A DNA stretch of 64,000 nucleotides, from contig JAQGDQ010000373.1 of NCBI GenBank assembly GCA_030141605.1, positions 164,636 to 228,635 of the forward strand, written 5' to 3'. Below are positions 12,520 through 26,190 of the stretch, piece after piece; the first letter of the stretch is position 1, and every line of letters starts with the position of its first letter. Under the pieces are notes generated by a model. It ran no database searches, was not told where the DNA came from, and was given only the letters and a program-made list of their open reading frames with translations. The position numbers and the translations under genes were made by a program. This stretch comes from Tubiluchus corallicola. Taxonomy: Eukaryota > Animalia > Priapulida.

Positions 12520-13063
12520 GATAATAACATCATCCAGTATTGCCGAATTGTAACTGTGGATTTCGATTTGAGTCTGTTCAACACTTTTTGTTGTGCTGCC
12601 CATTACATCAACTAGCTAGGGTTGTTATGTTTGATAAATTAAATGCAATACTTCTGCCCGAAAACCTTAATATAGCTGCCTTAGGAACTAATGATCTGTT
12701 GAAGTTGTTATTGTTCGGTAAAGATGAATTTAACTATGTTACTAACTGTAAAATATTCCAATGTATACATGACTTTATATTACGTACTAAACGCTTCCGG
12801 TAGTTTCTATCTGATATAAAATCATCATTCTTAAATAATCGTACATTAATATTTACTAACCGTCATTTTCTACTAATGTCTAATGTATCACTGTAGTAAA
12901 ACTTTAGTATACTAAAGTATACTAAAAACTAAGTATAGTTTATTCTTACTGTAAATGTTCTTGTAAATAGTATATAAAGTCTGTTCTGGTGAGGATCCTA
13001 AATCATGTTGTATAAACTGTCTGATCCAATCCTAAATAAATTATGTAAACTAACTAAACTAAA
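12520..13063 (+). mobile_element. Non-LTR retrotransposon (CR1/L2-group-like) 3' remnant
   Basis: CNCG...ESVQHFLLCCP...LLFG...N.KIF..I.DFI.RTKRF* (ORF2 C-terminal CCHC region), then 3' UTR, AATAAA and (AACTA)n-type tail. Confidence 0.8.
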
Positions 13064-14157
13064 CAGATTTCACTAGTTTCATTCGCTTCCGTGAAACTAA
13101 AAGTTACAACAGGAAGTAACAGACACATATGCATTATTGAAAAGGCTCCACCTCATTAAACAGCCCACGCCTAGGCAATATATACATAATAGGTCAAAAA
13201 GTTTTACCCACATCTACCAACGTTGTAGTCAAAAGTTCCCCTATCGTTCCGATGACCCCAAAATAATGTGCCTCCTAAAACTCCTCTGCCAGCACCGCAT
13301 CCCTCTCCCACCAACGCCCCGGGGTTTTAGCTGCCGCAAAATGAAAAAAAATCACTTCACTTTTCATTTTTCTCGTTGGTAGGAATGTAAAAGAGTTACT
13401 CGCACAATCGAGTGGCATTAAAAGGTTACCAGTTGCTATAGCAACAGGACCTACAATAAAACTAGTTGTGTTATAAAACTTCAAGCGACTTTTCGCATTA
13501 CATTTTAAAATCTTTATGCCTTGATGATGATACAAATGAAATCAACCGAAGAATGGAATTATTGTAGCTTTGTCATCATCAAAGCCATTAACGTGGATTA
13601 AAATTATTGTTCTGGCCAAAATTATGGCAGGTGATTATTGGTAGTTAGGGACGCGGCAGTCACAGTATAAAGTTGTTGTCTATCAATTTTTGATATTGTT
13701 AATGTACAATGCAACAGCTTCAAATTTACAAACATATAAAATGTCATATTTGAGTGCGTGTTTCGTTAACCATGAAACATGAAAATGTTCATAAGAAATA
13801 ATAGAGGTGTCATAATACAGCCTTGGGAAGCATTAAAGGGAGAGAATAGTTGGCTCATACTTGGTTTCTGTTGGGGTTGCAGTACTGTTGTCTACAGGGT
13901 ATAAATGGTTCTAGACACAGTCAAAAAAATAAAGGGAGAGGAATTTTCATCCCAAACAATTTTTTCGTATGATATTATATTATTTGATATTGCGCTTAAT
14001 TGTTTGAAAAACTTGTGCATTGGAAAAGAAAATTCTTAATAATATAAAGTATTTGCGCCACCTGGTAAAATGGCAGTGGATCATCATTAAACACATTATT
14101 GATCTTACTGAAGACACAAAGCAATTTAAGCTTTTGATTAGTTCGTGAAGACTCACA

Positions 14158-14341
14158 AATGCTCTCTATTTTGTTATCTAAACTTGTCCCAAAAAACTGC
14201 CGTCAAAACGGTTATCGCGGGAGTTTGAATTTGCAAGTTTTATACAGCGTTACTGCTAACGCAAGCCCTGTACGCAGTAAGTGATACAAAATTTCAAGAC
14301 GAACTTTTCAAGCTTTATTTATGAAGAGTGTTTATTGTGCT
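14158..14341 (+). mobile_element. Partial Kolobok-type MITE (family C)
   Basis: TATCGCGGGAGTTT...AAATTTCAAGACGAA...GTGCT|TTAA matches the terminal part of 24062-24703 and 36491-37114. Confidence 0.75.
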
Positions 14342-14725
14342 TTAAGTTACTGTAACGCTGCTGCATTATTGTTAATGTTGCTGGTGTTGCTCAGCCGTTA
14401 TTGTTGCTCTTGCATAAATGCAGTATAAGTTTGACGTACTAATAGTAAAAGAGCAGTTTTACGTTTATTTGGGGATCAGAGAACACTTTAAAGAGACTGT
14501 CCCCAGATAATGAGCTCTAATGAAATTAGAAAGAGAAATTCTGGAATAATCTGTTTACGGTGACGGGCGCAGCAAGAGACACGAACGCAGCTGAAATGCC
14601 TGATTACTCTCTGACAGTATCCTTAGTTACCGTAAGATAACCAAACCGTGTCTGCAACCATTTATACCCGTAGACAACAGTACTGCAACCACAACAGAAG
14701 CCGAATATGAGCCAACCAGTATGAC

Positions 14726-15020
14726 CCAATAACAGAGGTCAACTACAAGCACTGTGTTTGCGACCATTACCCAATAACAGAGGTCAACTACAAGCTCTGT
14801 GTTTGCGACCATCACCAAATAACAGAGGTCAACTACAAGCTCTGTGTTTGCGACCATTACCAAATAACAGAGGTCAACTACAAGCTCTGTGTTTGCGACC
14901 ATTACCCAATAACAGAGGTCAACTACAAGCTCTGTGTCTGCGACCATTACCAAATAACAGAGGTCAACTACAAGATCTGTGTTTGCGACCATCACCAAAT
15001 AACAGAGTGCACCATTACCA
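14726..15020. repeat. 45-bp minisatellite, ~6 copies
   Basis: CCAATAACAGAGGTCAACTACAAGCTCTGTGTTTGCGACCATTAC repeated. Confidence 0.93.
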
Positions 15021-16124
15021 TGAACCGGAGTTCCACGGTGACTGGCTACAAGACATTCAGGAATCTCTGTGTCCACAACCACACATCTATGGTAATGACA
15101 TAGGAACTGGCTGCCATACCCATGTGGACACTGGCTTACACAGTGAGAAACTTTATGAAACCCCACAGGAATAAACAAAATTAACTGAGACAATTATTTT
15201 GCAGAATGGTTAACATCTGCTGGAAGTGGTCCTCATCATTCCCGGATGGGTGGTCCTTTGGTCACTTTTAAAATGCTGAACGTGATTCTTTGGCTGGTGG
15301 TCCTTTGCCTGTTGTTTCTTTGACTCGTGATCCTTTCACTGGTGGCATTTTGATCATCACAAAATGGGAGGACAACAAATCAAGGTTGAAACTTGAAAAA
15401 GCAGGTGCACAGAACATTTGTTATTTGTTTAACCAATCAAATTAGATCAACTTTTATCAAAATCTGGTTTCAACCAGTCCAAGACGCCAACACGTTCTGG
15501 TTCATCTTCCCACCGCCTAGATCTGGTTCACAAGGCCTCCGCCAGGTGGCACCTGTAGCTACGAAAGACCACGATGCGTCAAAAGTTCAGTAATAGATCA
15601 TATTGTCCTCGCCCATGGCTGGGTTTACACAGCGTATTTTCTCATACGCAATATCAATATTTACACAGAAGTTTTTAAGCCGCCGTTTCTGCTGTTTACT
15701 AAAGCAGCTAAAGAGGGCCCTAATTGCCCAGCTCTTGTGAGAAAAATTCAATCGTGCCAGCACAGTTCACCACAGGAAGCGGAAGTTAGTTGAGAACGTA
15801 AAAAAAAACTACAAAACCAAAAACTGCAACTAATCGCCTTGGTACCCTGTCTGAAGTCTCACTAAGTTTGGCAGCATGAGGACAAACAAACTTTTTACCA
15901 CCCCTCTCTTTCAATTCTCCTTTCTCCCCTTTTACAAATGTCAAGACTTGTGCAACAGATACCTCTTAGTACTTGACCGATTTCTCACCTCAATTTAAAA
16001 TCGTACGCCAGAAATATTTGTTACTCAAACACATATAGGCAGTGGGTATGACTCGAGGGCAGAATGTTTTTCCTATAGGACATCCGGTAACACTTGTATT
16101 TTAATATTTATTATCATTATTAGA

Positions 16125-16657
16125 TATTTATTAGTGTCAAAAATACATACAATAGAAGAAAAAAAACATGACATACATACAATTTCAAGTTTGAAATACA
16201 ATGACGCTACATACAAACAAAACAATTACTAATAAAACAAATATTGTTAAATCTTCCTGTTTGTTATATTAGTTATTTAAATGAAAGGTTTGATTAGTAT
16301 TGAAAATAAATTGTCATTCATTAGGCCTCATTTTCAATGATACGATCATTACATAGTATATTGTTCATCATGTCATAAAAACGCTTTTTCAACATAATCA
16401 ATAAATGCCCAACAATCAATAATCAATAATCTAAATCATTACTTCCCATCAAGAATAAAAATTTATCAGCATCGCTCATAAGGAAAAATTCTGGTATAAT
16501 TACACTGATGTGATTATATAATTTTCCTCTAAGATCATTGTAATATGGGCATTTTATAACAAAGTGTAATTCGTCTTCGATTTCATTTCTTAAACAATAT
16601 GAGCATATACGATTCTCAGCTGGGATTTTTCCAGGTTTAACGTACCTCTTTCAATGC
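16125..16657 (-). mobile_element. LINE 3' remnant with CCHC knuckle (second, shorter copy at ~33595-33890)
   Basis: Minus strand reads IERG..., then KPGKIPAENRICSYCLRNEIEDELHFVIKCPYYNDLR after a frameshift; 16135-16410 is duplicated at 33597-33868. Confidence 0.8.
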
Positions 16658-16854
16658 ACGAAGTATTGACAGTCGTTCTCGCGTTCGAGCCTTGTATAAT
16701 GAAACTTCATGAATTTTTATTAGGAAATATTCTCTATGAAAACTGTCAGAAACAGACTGCGAACTTTTAATACAGACTTATCAACTTATAAATGGGAAAT
16801 TATGTGGTTTACATTTAAATTGTAAAGACAGCCAGCAAAGCGCTGACTAGACAC

Positions 16855-17490
16855 ACATATATATATATAATAATCTTTATTTGCCATTAAAATATATTGA
16901 TAATCACTGATAAAAACTTTACAGAGATAATCAATCAGTGTTAGTTAATAAAAACTTACACTGCTAAAGGCAAATGCGTCAGAGCAATCTAAACTACTGT
17001 GCAGTAATGGAAAGTAACGACGAATAAAATCAAACATATTTACAATTATGCACAAAAAATGAAAAAACTATGATTTAATTAATATTGCCGTGGATATATG
17101 AATTCTGAATTAGTGTGTATGTTGTCGTAGTGGTGTGATGGTATTTCATATCTGGTTAATATTTAGTGATTTTAATTTTGTTTTAAATGCTGATAGGGAC
17201 TTGATTTGTTCAACCTGTAATGGTAGAGAATTCCAAAGTAGAATTGCTTGTTTGATTGCAGAGTTCGTTCCATAGTGGATATTTGTCCTAATTTGTTTTA
17301 GATTGCTTGTTCTGGAATTAACGATAGGATTTGGAAAAAAGGTAAATCTGTTATTCTGGAATGGTTTGCTGATGTTGTTAACGTATTTAAATATAAAAAA
17401 GCAGAGTAAAATATTCTTTGTGTGCTTCAATGATTGGGAATTTTAAAGTTTTTCTCAGGTTAGTTGTTGAAGCTTTGAATTTTTGTCTAC
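16855..17490 (-). mobile_element. LINE (L2/CR1-group-like) 3' remnant
   Basis: YGTNSAIKQAILLWNSLPLQVEQIKSLSAFKTKLK matches the RT C-terminal WN.LP...SL..FK.KLK motif; AATAAA and (TA)n tail near 16860-16880. Confidence 0.75.
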
Positions 17491-17860
17491 CTGCCTTACT
17501 ACTTATAGACAGACCTCCCAGAAATTGTCAAAAGAATGGCACATTAGCAACGGCTAGATGGAGAACTAAAAGTTAACTTTGCCATAATCGATTGCAATCG
17601 GTAAATATATTTGAATTGCAAATGGTAAAAGTAGAATAAACACGTGTTAGTTCCGCCACATGCTCAAGTATTTCCATTAGCTTAATTCCCTACGCCCTTT
17701 TGACCTGTACATTTCTTTCATGAATCCGATTTATAATTATTAGTACAAAACATTAATACTCGGAACGCTAAGTTAATTAACACCCAGTACTGATGATTGG
17801 CCAGTCTTTTCAGTTTGTAAAGAAGATCAAATTGGCTGCATAAATGTGCGACAATAAATG

Positions 17861-18198
17861 TATGGGTGAGCATCGAACTTTCGAGTTCGAATTCGATTCG
17901 AACGAGTTTTCTTAGTTCGAATTCGATTCGAACCTAAAATTACGGGAAAATGTTTGAAACAGCATACAATTAGCTGCAGTTTCTGTGTCAAATTTTTAAG
18001 AAACTATAGTGGTTTTACTGCAGAACAAAATCATGTAATATCAAGATAATCAAGTAATATCTTTGTAAGACAACTTTTCACTACTGGTTCGAGAGCTGAT
18101 TCAAAAATCTTCCAAACTCAATTTGATTCGGATTCAAAATAGCGAAATTCGATTCGATTCAAGTTCGCTTCCTGGTACATCCCTAGTGCTCATCCCTA
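17861..18198 (+). mobile_element. TTCGA-rich hAT-type MITE, older copy
   Basis: TATGGGTGAGCATCGAAC...GTGCTCATCCCTA, homologous to 38034-38527. Confidence 0.75.
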
Positions 18199-18710
18199 GT
18201 GACAACAGAAAATTACAACGTTTAATACTTAAAACGTAATAGAATGTTGGTAATGCTTTTCTATTTTACGATGTAGAGGCAGCTGTTAGCCTGCTCCAGG
18301 AGTTGATTTACGTGCGTGTGCACTGTACAAGCTCTAGATCGATTACATGCGTCTGGAATCTTAAAGCTCAGCGGTGCGGAAGCTGGCGGGGAGTCACTGA
18401 ACCATGAAGCTAGAAATAGGCTTCATGATCAAGATCACGATAATCTCAGCCAGAAGTTTTGCAGACGCAAAGCGTTGTGTCTTGTTAGATGTATGATATT
18501 CTGCTTGCAGTCAATCTCTGTTCAATAATAAACAATATCAGACTGTTTGTCTGTATGTCTGTCTACGGTTTCCTGTCGAAGGGCCATGGTACAGCATCAG
18601 CATCAATGTTGTATCTAACTCCAGGCATTCATAACTCATTGCCCATACGTTAGTTTGTTTAACAAGAGGGCCTACAGGAGACGCCAGGATCAATTTCCAG
18701 AACCGTAAAT

Positions 18711-19403
18711 GATAATTCAATGTCTTTCATTTCAACACGAACTTGAAAAAGCCTCGCTATTCGTTGGTAGTACAGCAGTCAGTACCAAGAGATTCATTAT
18801 CAGTTGCAAATTTATGTCTCATAACAGAGATTATGTTTAGTTTCATGCTGTGAGTCTGATAATTCAATGTCTTTAATTTCAACACGAACTTGAAAAAGCC
18901 TCGCTATTCGTTGGTAGTACAGCAGTCAGTACCAAGAGATTCATTATCAGTTGCAAATTTATGTCTCATAACAGAGATTATGTTTAGTTTCATGCTGTGA
19001 GTCTGATAATTAAATGTCTTTCATTTCAACGCGAACTAGAAAAAGTCTCGCTATTCGTTGGTAGTACAGCAGTGCCAAGAGATTCATTATCAGTTGCAAA
19101 TTTATATCTGGTAACAGAGATTATGTTTAGTTTCATGCTGTGAGTCTGATAATTAAATGTATTTCATTTCAACGCGAACTTGAAAAAAGCCTTGCTATTC
19201 GTTGGTAGTACAGCAGTGCCAAGAGATTCATTATCAGTTGCAAACTTATGTCTAGTAACAAAGATTATGTATAGTTTCATGCTGTAAGTCTGATAATTCA
19301 ATGTCTTTAATTTCAACACAAACTTGAAAAAGCCTCGCTATTCGTTGGTAGTACAGCAGTGCCAAGAGATTCATTATCAGTTGCAAATTTATGTCTCATA
19401 ACA
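18711..19403. repeat. 143-147-bp tandem repeat, ~4.8 copies
   Basis: GATAATTCAATGTCTTT... starts at 18711, 18858, 19005, 19148 and 19292. Confidence 0.95.
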
Positions 19404-19913
19404 TAAAATAATATAATTTTTAAGGCGATTTTTCTGAAACCTATTTCAGGTGCCCCCTTTCGTGTCCTTTAAGCCTTTCAATTTACTGTAAAAGTTATTT
19501 ATCAACTCATTAGAATTTTATAGTACAAATGACAACTACTTCTTACAAAATCATACACCGGGGAGCTACAAAAGAGATCGCTACCAAGCCATATATAACC
19601 TTTGCAATTCGTACAACACTGTTTCCGAAAGTATTGATTTTATATTTGAACGATCTATGCCGGGTCAACGTACCCGCATTCAAACTAATCTCAAAATGTA
19701 TCCTACGTAATATGCACTGGATACATTAAAATTAGATGCATGTCTGATTGTGTGCGAGACGTGGGCTATATTTCATGACTCTGTCTGGCGAGCCTAGATT
19801 ACTGTCAACACAGCTTGTCAAATTTAGACAAATGTGTGTACAATGCACACGATGAAAGGAAGCTCTTTTAAAATCTAACCAATTTCATCAAACGTGGTAT
19901 CGACTTAATTTAA

Positions 19914-20591
19914 AGCACAAGAAAACCTTCCACTTACATAAAGCTTAAAAAAATTCGTCTTGAAATTTTATACCAGTTACGAACTGCCTTTTTGCATGCA
20001 GGGCTTTACGTCGGCAGTAACGCTGTATAAAACTTGTAAATTTAAACTCCCGCGATGACCGATGACATTTTGACGACAGGTCTTTTGAAACAAGTTTAGA
20101 TAACATTTTGGAAAGTTTGAAAAAATAATCAGAGCATTCGTAGTGCACACATCACTAACTAAATGAAATTTTAAATTACTGTATCTTGTCAATAAGATTA
20201 AAAATACGTTTTTGGTTAGTGAGTGGTGCATCCTGGAGGGTGAGTCAGCGACATTTTAAGAATTGGTGAAAGTATTTTAAAGAATTAATAATTTTCTTTT
20301 CTAGTTAAGTGTAAGTCTTTCCAGCAGGTAAAACAAAAAGCTAAGTAACACAACTTTGCATGGAAAGTTTCTGGGACATAATTAAACATTGCCTTTTCTT
20401 CCCGATTTACGTTGTGCGTATATGACGTCATGTTATGGCATCGTCGGAGAAGTATTGCGGGAGATTCAAAATGAAAACAAACAAAAATTACTTTTAACGC
20501 GAGTATGATATATGCATAAAAATGCTGTGAAGTACTATAATTTTCAAGGCGATTTTTCCGAAACCTACTTCGGATACCCCTTTTTGGTCCT
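19914..20591 (-). mobile_element. Kolobok-type TTAA MITE (family C), full length
   Basis: TTAA|AGCACAAGAAAA ... TTTTTGGTCCT|TTAA; inverse of copies at 24062 and 36491. Confidence 0.85.
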
Positions 20592-21483
20592 TTAAAGGTT
20601 AGCCGCTAAATAGTCAGTCAGTAAGAGCCTGTTTAGACTAGATATGAGATTGTGTGTAGGCTGTTCTTCGTAAATCAGACAGCTGCCTGTGTTGTTTGTC
20701 AGTCGAATGTGACTAATTCATTCATTCTGTCTTAACTCGTCATATGGTCACAGGACTATTACTCAATGTAGCTGAATCGCGTTAAGCGTCGTGTTAGTTC
20801 AAAAGTCCAAACTGTCAACATCTAGTATCGTGCTTACTGGAGTGATGATTAAGTTTCCACGAGTCATATGATATATGCATAAAACTGCTGTAAAGTACTA
20901 TAACTTTTAAGGCGATTTTCAAGAAACGTACTTCAGGTACCCCTTTTCTTGTCCTTTAAGCGTAGGGGATACTACTGGCATACGAACGACTTTGGTTGAC
21001 GCACTAACATAGTACTAGTAGTCACTACCGCCCGGAATTTCGATTTTTCTAGATTATGGCGAAATATACGCCACTTTCTACTTATGCTCACAACCTTGCG
21101 TAACCTTGCGTAACCAGTCGCAGGTGCTGACAAGTCCAAGCTCCTAAATTATGCAGAGAATCTCCTTGTTTAGACGATCAACTTCAAATGTTTATATGTT
21201 TACTGCACAGACATGAAAGCCACCCAACACTCTCTGCACGACAGCTGTTTAAATTAAAACAAAAAGCTCGCCTTCAAATGCAGAGCGTGTTTCTTTACAT
21301 AGTAAATCAGCAAGTTTAAATAATGTTCCTGAGCCACGGAAGAGTATCAGCTTCACAGTTGATTGAAAACACTGTAAATTACGTCACATTCGAGTTCAAC
21401 TGTACTGTCGTTCAAATGGTCTCTCTCTACATCCACCCCTCTCTCACACACACTAAATCAATCCGTCCCTCTCTACATCCATC

Positions 21484-21528
<45 letters not shown>

Positions 21529-22035
21529 CATTCTTCTTCCCCCTCTATTGAAGGACTCTTCCGCATGTCATTTTTAACTTTCTGAAGCACCACCTTATTT
21601 CACAAACCAAATAAATTTCTACATGTTGGACGCATTTTGATAAATCTTATGACATTAACACCAAGAAAAAGCACTTGTTTAGCAACGATGATACAATGAA
21701 CGCTAAAGCAATTCATCCTAGCCAACAGTAACTTAGTCCATTCCGTTTTCCATTCTTTCTTAATAACCATCGAAGAAAAAATGCGAACAGCAGCCTAATC
21801 CTGACCCGACATAGAAAAAAACTTATTGGCTGTCATGAATGGTGTACACGTCTCTCTCTCGACAAACAGATTTGGGTCATTTACTATTGTACGCGCCCAA
21901 GGAGCAGGTTTCGACTAGAACCACTCTGACTGCTAAAGACGTTTGAAAGCTCTCAGCAGATACTGAAGCCAGACGTTACTGTGAATTAGCTAATGTTTGC
22001 ACAAGGGCTTGCTGAAGCCAAGCTATTCAGAAGAC

Positions 22036-22683
22036 ATGTGCCAAGAACAACGCCATCGATCTATCAGACAAGACATACGTCCAGAACAATTCAATCGATT
22101 TAGACGCCTAGAACAATGTGATCGATCTATCAGACAAGACATGCGTACAGAACAATGCAATCGATTTATATGCCTAGAACAATCAGACAAGACATACGTC
22201 CAGAACAATTCAATCGATTTAGACGCCTAGAACAATGTGATCGATCTATCAGACAAGACATGCGTACAGAACAATGCAATCGATTTATATGCCTAGAACA
22301 ATCAAACAAGACACACGTCCAGAACAAAGCAATCGATCTATCACACAAGACGCACGTCCAGAACAATGCAATCAATTTATATGCCTAGAACAATGCAATC
22401 GATCTATCACACAAGACATGCGTCCAGAACAATGCAAACGATTTATATGCCTAGAACAATGCAATCGATCTATCACACAAAACACACGTCCAGAACAAAG
22501 CAATCAATCTATCAGACAAGACACACGTCCAGAACAATGCAATCGATCTATCAGACAAGACATGCGCCCAGAACAATGCAATCGATTTACATGCCTAGAA
22601 CAATGCAATCGATCTATCATACAAGACACACGTCCAGAGCAATGCAATTGATTTATAGGACGAGAATAATGCAATCCATCGAT
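22036..22683. repeat. Higher-order minisatellite of related 39-bp and 27-bp subunits
   Basis: AGAACAATGCAATCGATCTATCAGACAAGACACACGTCC alternates with AGAACAATGCAATCGATTTATATGCCT. Confidence 0.9.
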
Positions 22684-22974
22684 TAATACCAGCTTATACC
22701 ACAACAATACTAGTTAATCAATGCGAATAACGCGTCTGTTGATTTAGGCGAGGATTTTGACGAAGACCGCGTCACTCTGGGTAAACAAAGTCTGCTGCGT
22801 TAACAACTAGCAAACAAAATACGACAGACGCTGTAAGAGTTTACATAGACGCAACATTTAATTTAATATAACCGTTCCAGCTCAACCTTACGAGAAAATT
22901 GATGGTATTTAGTGTTATTCGTAACAGCTGGTGAGGTACTGCTTGGTAAGCACGGTCTAATGAATTACCAAGTA

Positions 22975-23167
22975 CTGTACCTCTCAGTTCAGATGTGTTA
23001 GTCTGTGATGAACTGCACACGTTCTACAGCTCATGCGTGAGCAGAGTAGTAAATGTGAAATTTGAATTTTTATCTTAAAATTTGCCTAGTTTAAGTACAA
23101 CACACTGAATATCTTACAGTAGCACTGTACTTGGTTTTCTCTTTCGCAAACACGTGCAACACACGCT
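22975..23167 (+). mobile_element. Internal fragment of family B MITE
   Basis: TACCTCTCAGTTCAGATGTGTTAG...CGCAAACACGTGCAACACGCT, as in 10160-10330. Confidence 0.75.
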
Positions 23168-23467
23168 ACGTCATTTGAAAAAGTTTAAATAACACTGAGC
23201 AAAGTTTGAAGCATGTAAAGTTGTACATGTATGTCAAGTGGTAGGTAACATAACTCTGGTTACAGAAGAGAGCGGTCAAAACCGGCATCAGCTGACCGAA
23301 CTTAGACCTGATAATCACCACGTGGACACTGGTCAACGAACTTTAATGAAGATCAAGTGCGTTAGAAACCAGCAGGCGAAATTTCAGCAGGTCAATGTAC
23401 AAGAACGTGAACAAAAAATACAGGCATACTAATTTATAAAATTTATGCAGAGCTTTGTACTAGTTAA

Positions 23468-24057
23468 AGGAGAAGACAGCAAAAGAATATTTCCTGCAGT
23501 TTAAATTTTTCTCTAGAACAAACAAAAACACTTTTCATTCATTTACCACGAGAACTTCCAACATTTGAAAGCTAAAAAATCGCCAAAATCTATATATACG
23601 AGTAAGTACACGATTGGTACAGTAACATCATAGTGCTCTGCATACTGTGTTTGTTACTATAAATTTGCTGTTCTTTGCAGGTTTTTAAATTGAAAACCGG
23701 TTCTTATAAGTATATTTGCTATAAGTAAATAAATACTATAGTAAGAAACATTGTTATTAATAGATAAATCATTACTCAGCAAAAACCGTTCTGTTCAGTG
23801 TTAACATTTCCCTGCTTGCTGGGGAGGGATGGGTTGTCTACTGTACTGCGGCTGTTAATTACCGTTTCCTAAAGTGACGTCACAGCACAGAGTGTCATGG
23901 CGGGCGATAATATTTTGCGATATTATATATCTCGCAGTACCAACGGCGCTTAATTTAGTTACCATATCACATAAAAGCGTGCATCAAAACTGTTTTAAAA
24001 ATTAGGAAATATGTACTTCCGAAAGAAAATAACATAAAAAATAGTGTCACGGGACGT
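23468..24057. mobile_element. Probable further Kolobok-type element abutting a family C copy
   Basis: TTAA|AGGAGAAGACA ... GTGTCACGGGACGT|TTAA; central GTGACGTCAC; single copy in the window. Confidence 0.5.
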
Positions 24058-24061
24058 TTAA

Positions 24062-24703
24062 ATGACAAGAAAAGGGGAACCTAAAGTAGTTTTTAGAAAA
24101 ACCGCCTTGAAAATTATATTACTTATAGCAATTTAATGCATATTTTGCATTTTGTGTTAAAAGGATTTTTTGTTTATTTTCATTTTAAATGTCCCGCAAA
24201 CGTAAATCAGGGGAAGAAAAGACAATGTTAAATTACGTCCCAAAAAACTTTCCGTGCAAATTTATATTACTTAGCATTTCGCTTACCTGCCTGAAAGGCT
24301 TATGTAACTAAAAAAGAAAATTAGTCATTATTTAAAATGCTTTCACCAATTGGTAAAATATCGCTGACTCACCCTCCAGGGTGCACCACTCCTAACCAAA
24401 AGACATATTTTTAATCTTATTGACAAGATACACTAATTTAAAATTTTATTTAGTTAGTGACGTGTGCGCTAAGAATGCCCTGACTGTTTTTTCAAACTTT
24501 ACACAATGTTATCTAAACTTATTTGAAACGACTTATCGTCAAAATGATTGTGTCTAACGATTATCGCGGGAGTTTAAATTTACATGTTTTACGCAGCGTT
24601 ACTGCCGATACAAGCCCTGTAAGCAAAAAGGCAGGACATAAATGGTATAAAGTTTCAAGACGAATTTTTTTAAGCTTTACGTAAGTGGAGGGTTCTCTTG
24701 TGC
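24062..24703 (+). mobile_element. Kolobok-type TTAA MITE (family C), full length
   Basis: TTAA|ATGACAAGAAAAGGGG ... TTCTCTTGTGC|TTAA; homologous throughout to 36491-37114. Confidence 0.85.
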
Positions 24704-26094
24704 TTAAGATACGTACATGCAGTGTACGCATAGACTATATAGTGCATCCTGTTTTCCACTTGAAAAGTAGCCAGTTTCTTACCAGCTCTTGGATAATTTT
24801 AATCAACAAATTTGGAGTGTCTATTCCCTTTAGATGTTGTCAGACTTCAAGCTTACCCCACCCATCACCCCACCTGTGTACACCTGGAAATATTATGAAA
24901 TTGGCTCCCATCATCACCAAAACTTCAGCAACCGTGTGTGGGCACAAACGCTATATATTGTACGACGCCAGGAAAAGACAGTGTTCATTATTGGCGTCCT
25001 GTTTAACCAGTAATAATGCTGGTCTCATTTGTGAAGTCCTAATGGTCACTAATGACCCTACCAGTCAGTAGAGTGACTCATCCACACCGACAAGGGCAGT
25101 TCTCATCTGATTGTCTACAAGTTTTACAGAAGATATTGACGTATTCTCGTATGCTACTGTGTTTGACAGATGACTAACACTAGTGAACCAGACACGACGG
25201 AGTCTCGGAGACGACAGCTGTTACGTCATTGTCAACGTCACGGTAAAGTAACGCAGAATTCAGCCACCAGGGAAGTTAATGTACAGTAGAAACAGACAAT
25301 CTGTACATTTTGAATCGCACAAAGCAACAGCCAGGGCAACAACAAGAACAAGAATTAAAATGTATATCAAAACGTACAACTTACACCTATAAGACTATAC
25401 AATATACGTAACGTACATTCTACATGTATGTCAATTCAATTTCAATTTATTGCTCAAATACATATAATGCACATTGGCAAAACACAATACGATACAATTT
25501 TTTTCCCAAGCTTCGATTATATTATTGAACCGTACTTGGCATAAACACAAAACCATCACACGGTACAATTGAACATTCGAGCAGTACAATAATTTGTGTT
25601 TATATGTAAAGCAATAGGCTATATATCGTGTATATACAAATACAGCTTCAAATGGACACCGCAAATATAAAACATCACAAATACTATGCAACCCAAGTAT
25701 TACAAAGACGTTATGTGTAAGATAACTCAATTATAAACCTGGATACGCCCTATAAATGATGGATACGCCCTATCAAGTCGACGACCAGAAACAGGGTAAA
25801 TTTTGACAGGCAGCAGTTTTCGAGATCAACGGCCCACCAGTTATTAGTGGTTAACAAACAGTTCTTTACAAAACGCACTACTGAATAAACACTAGAATTA
25901 CGACCACTAGAGGGCGTGTGAGCAGACAGCTAGCAGCAGTTGCCTGAACTCTACAATTCCGAAAAAGTACTGGCTATCTGAATTGCTTCCTACGTGCAAA
26001 ATGAACGTATGAAGCAGAGTAAACGTTACTTTTCAAAATTCCTTTAGGCTCAAGAAAGCGTAAATCAAAATTCAGAGTCAGTGGGAAAATGAAA

Positions 26095-26190
26095 CCCCCG
26101 CGAGTGAGTATCGAACCTGGGCAACGCCACGGAACAGACAGTCACCCATCCATTCGTATGACCAACTTGACTTTGCTTAACTTCCAGTTG
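26095..26190 (-). mobile_element. 5S rRNA-derived (SINE3-like) fragment followed by a tRNA B-box-like motif
   Basis: Minus strand GAAGTTAAGCAAAGTC...TGGATGGGTGACTG resembles the 5S A- and C-box region; then CCAGGTTCGATACTC. Confidence 0.6.

Noticed and set aside
14627-15193. Repetitive ORFs (also 21997-22707 and 56103-56876)
   Set aside because: Unit lengths divisible by 3 (45, 39/27, 93) keep frames open; other arrays here (94, 34, 41, 97) are not, so there is no sign of coding selection.
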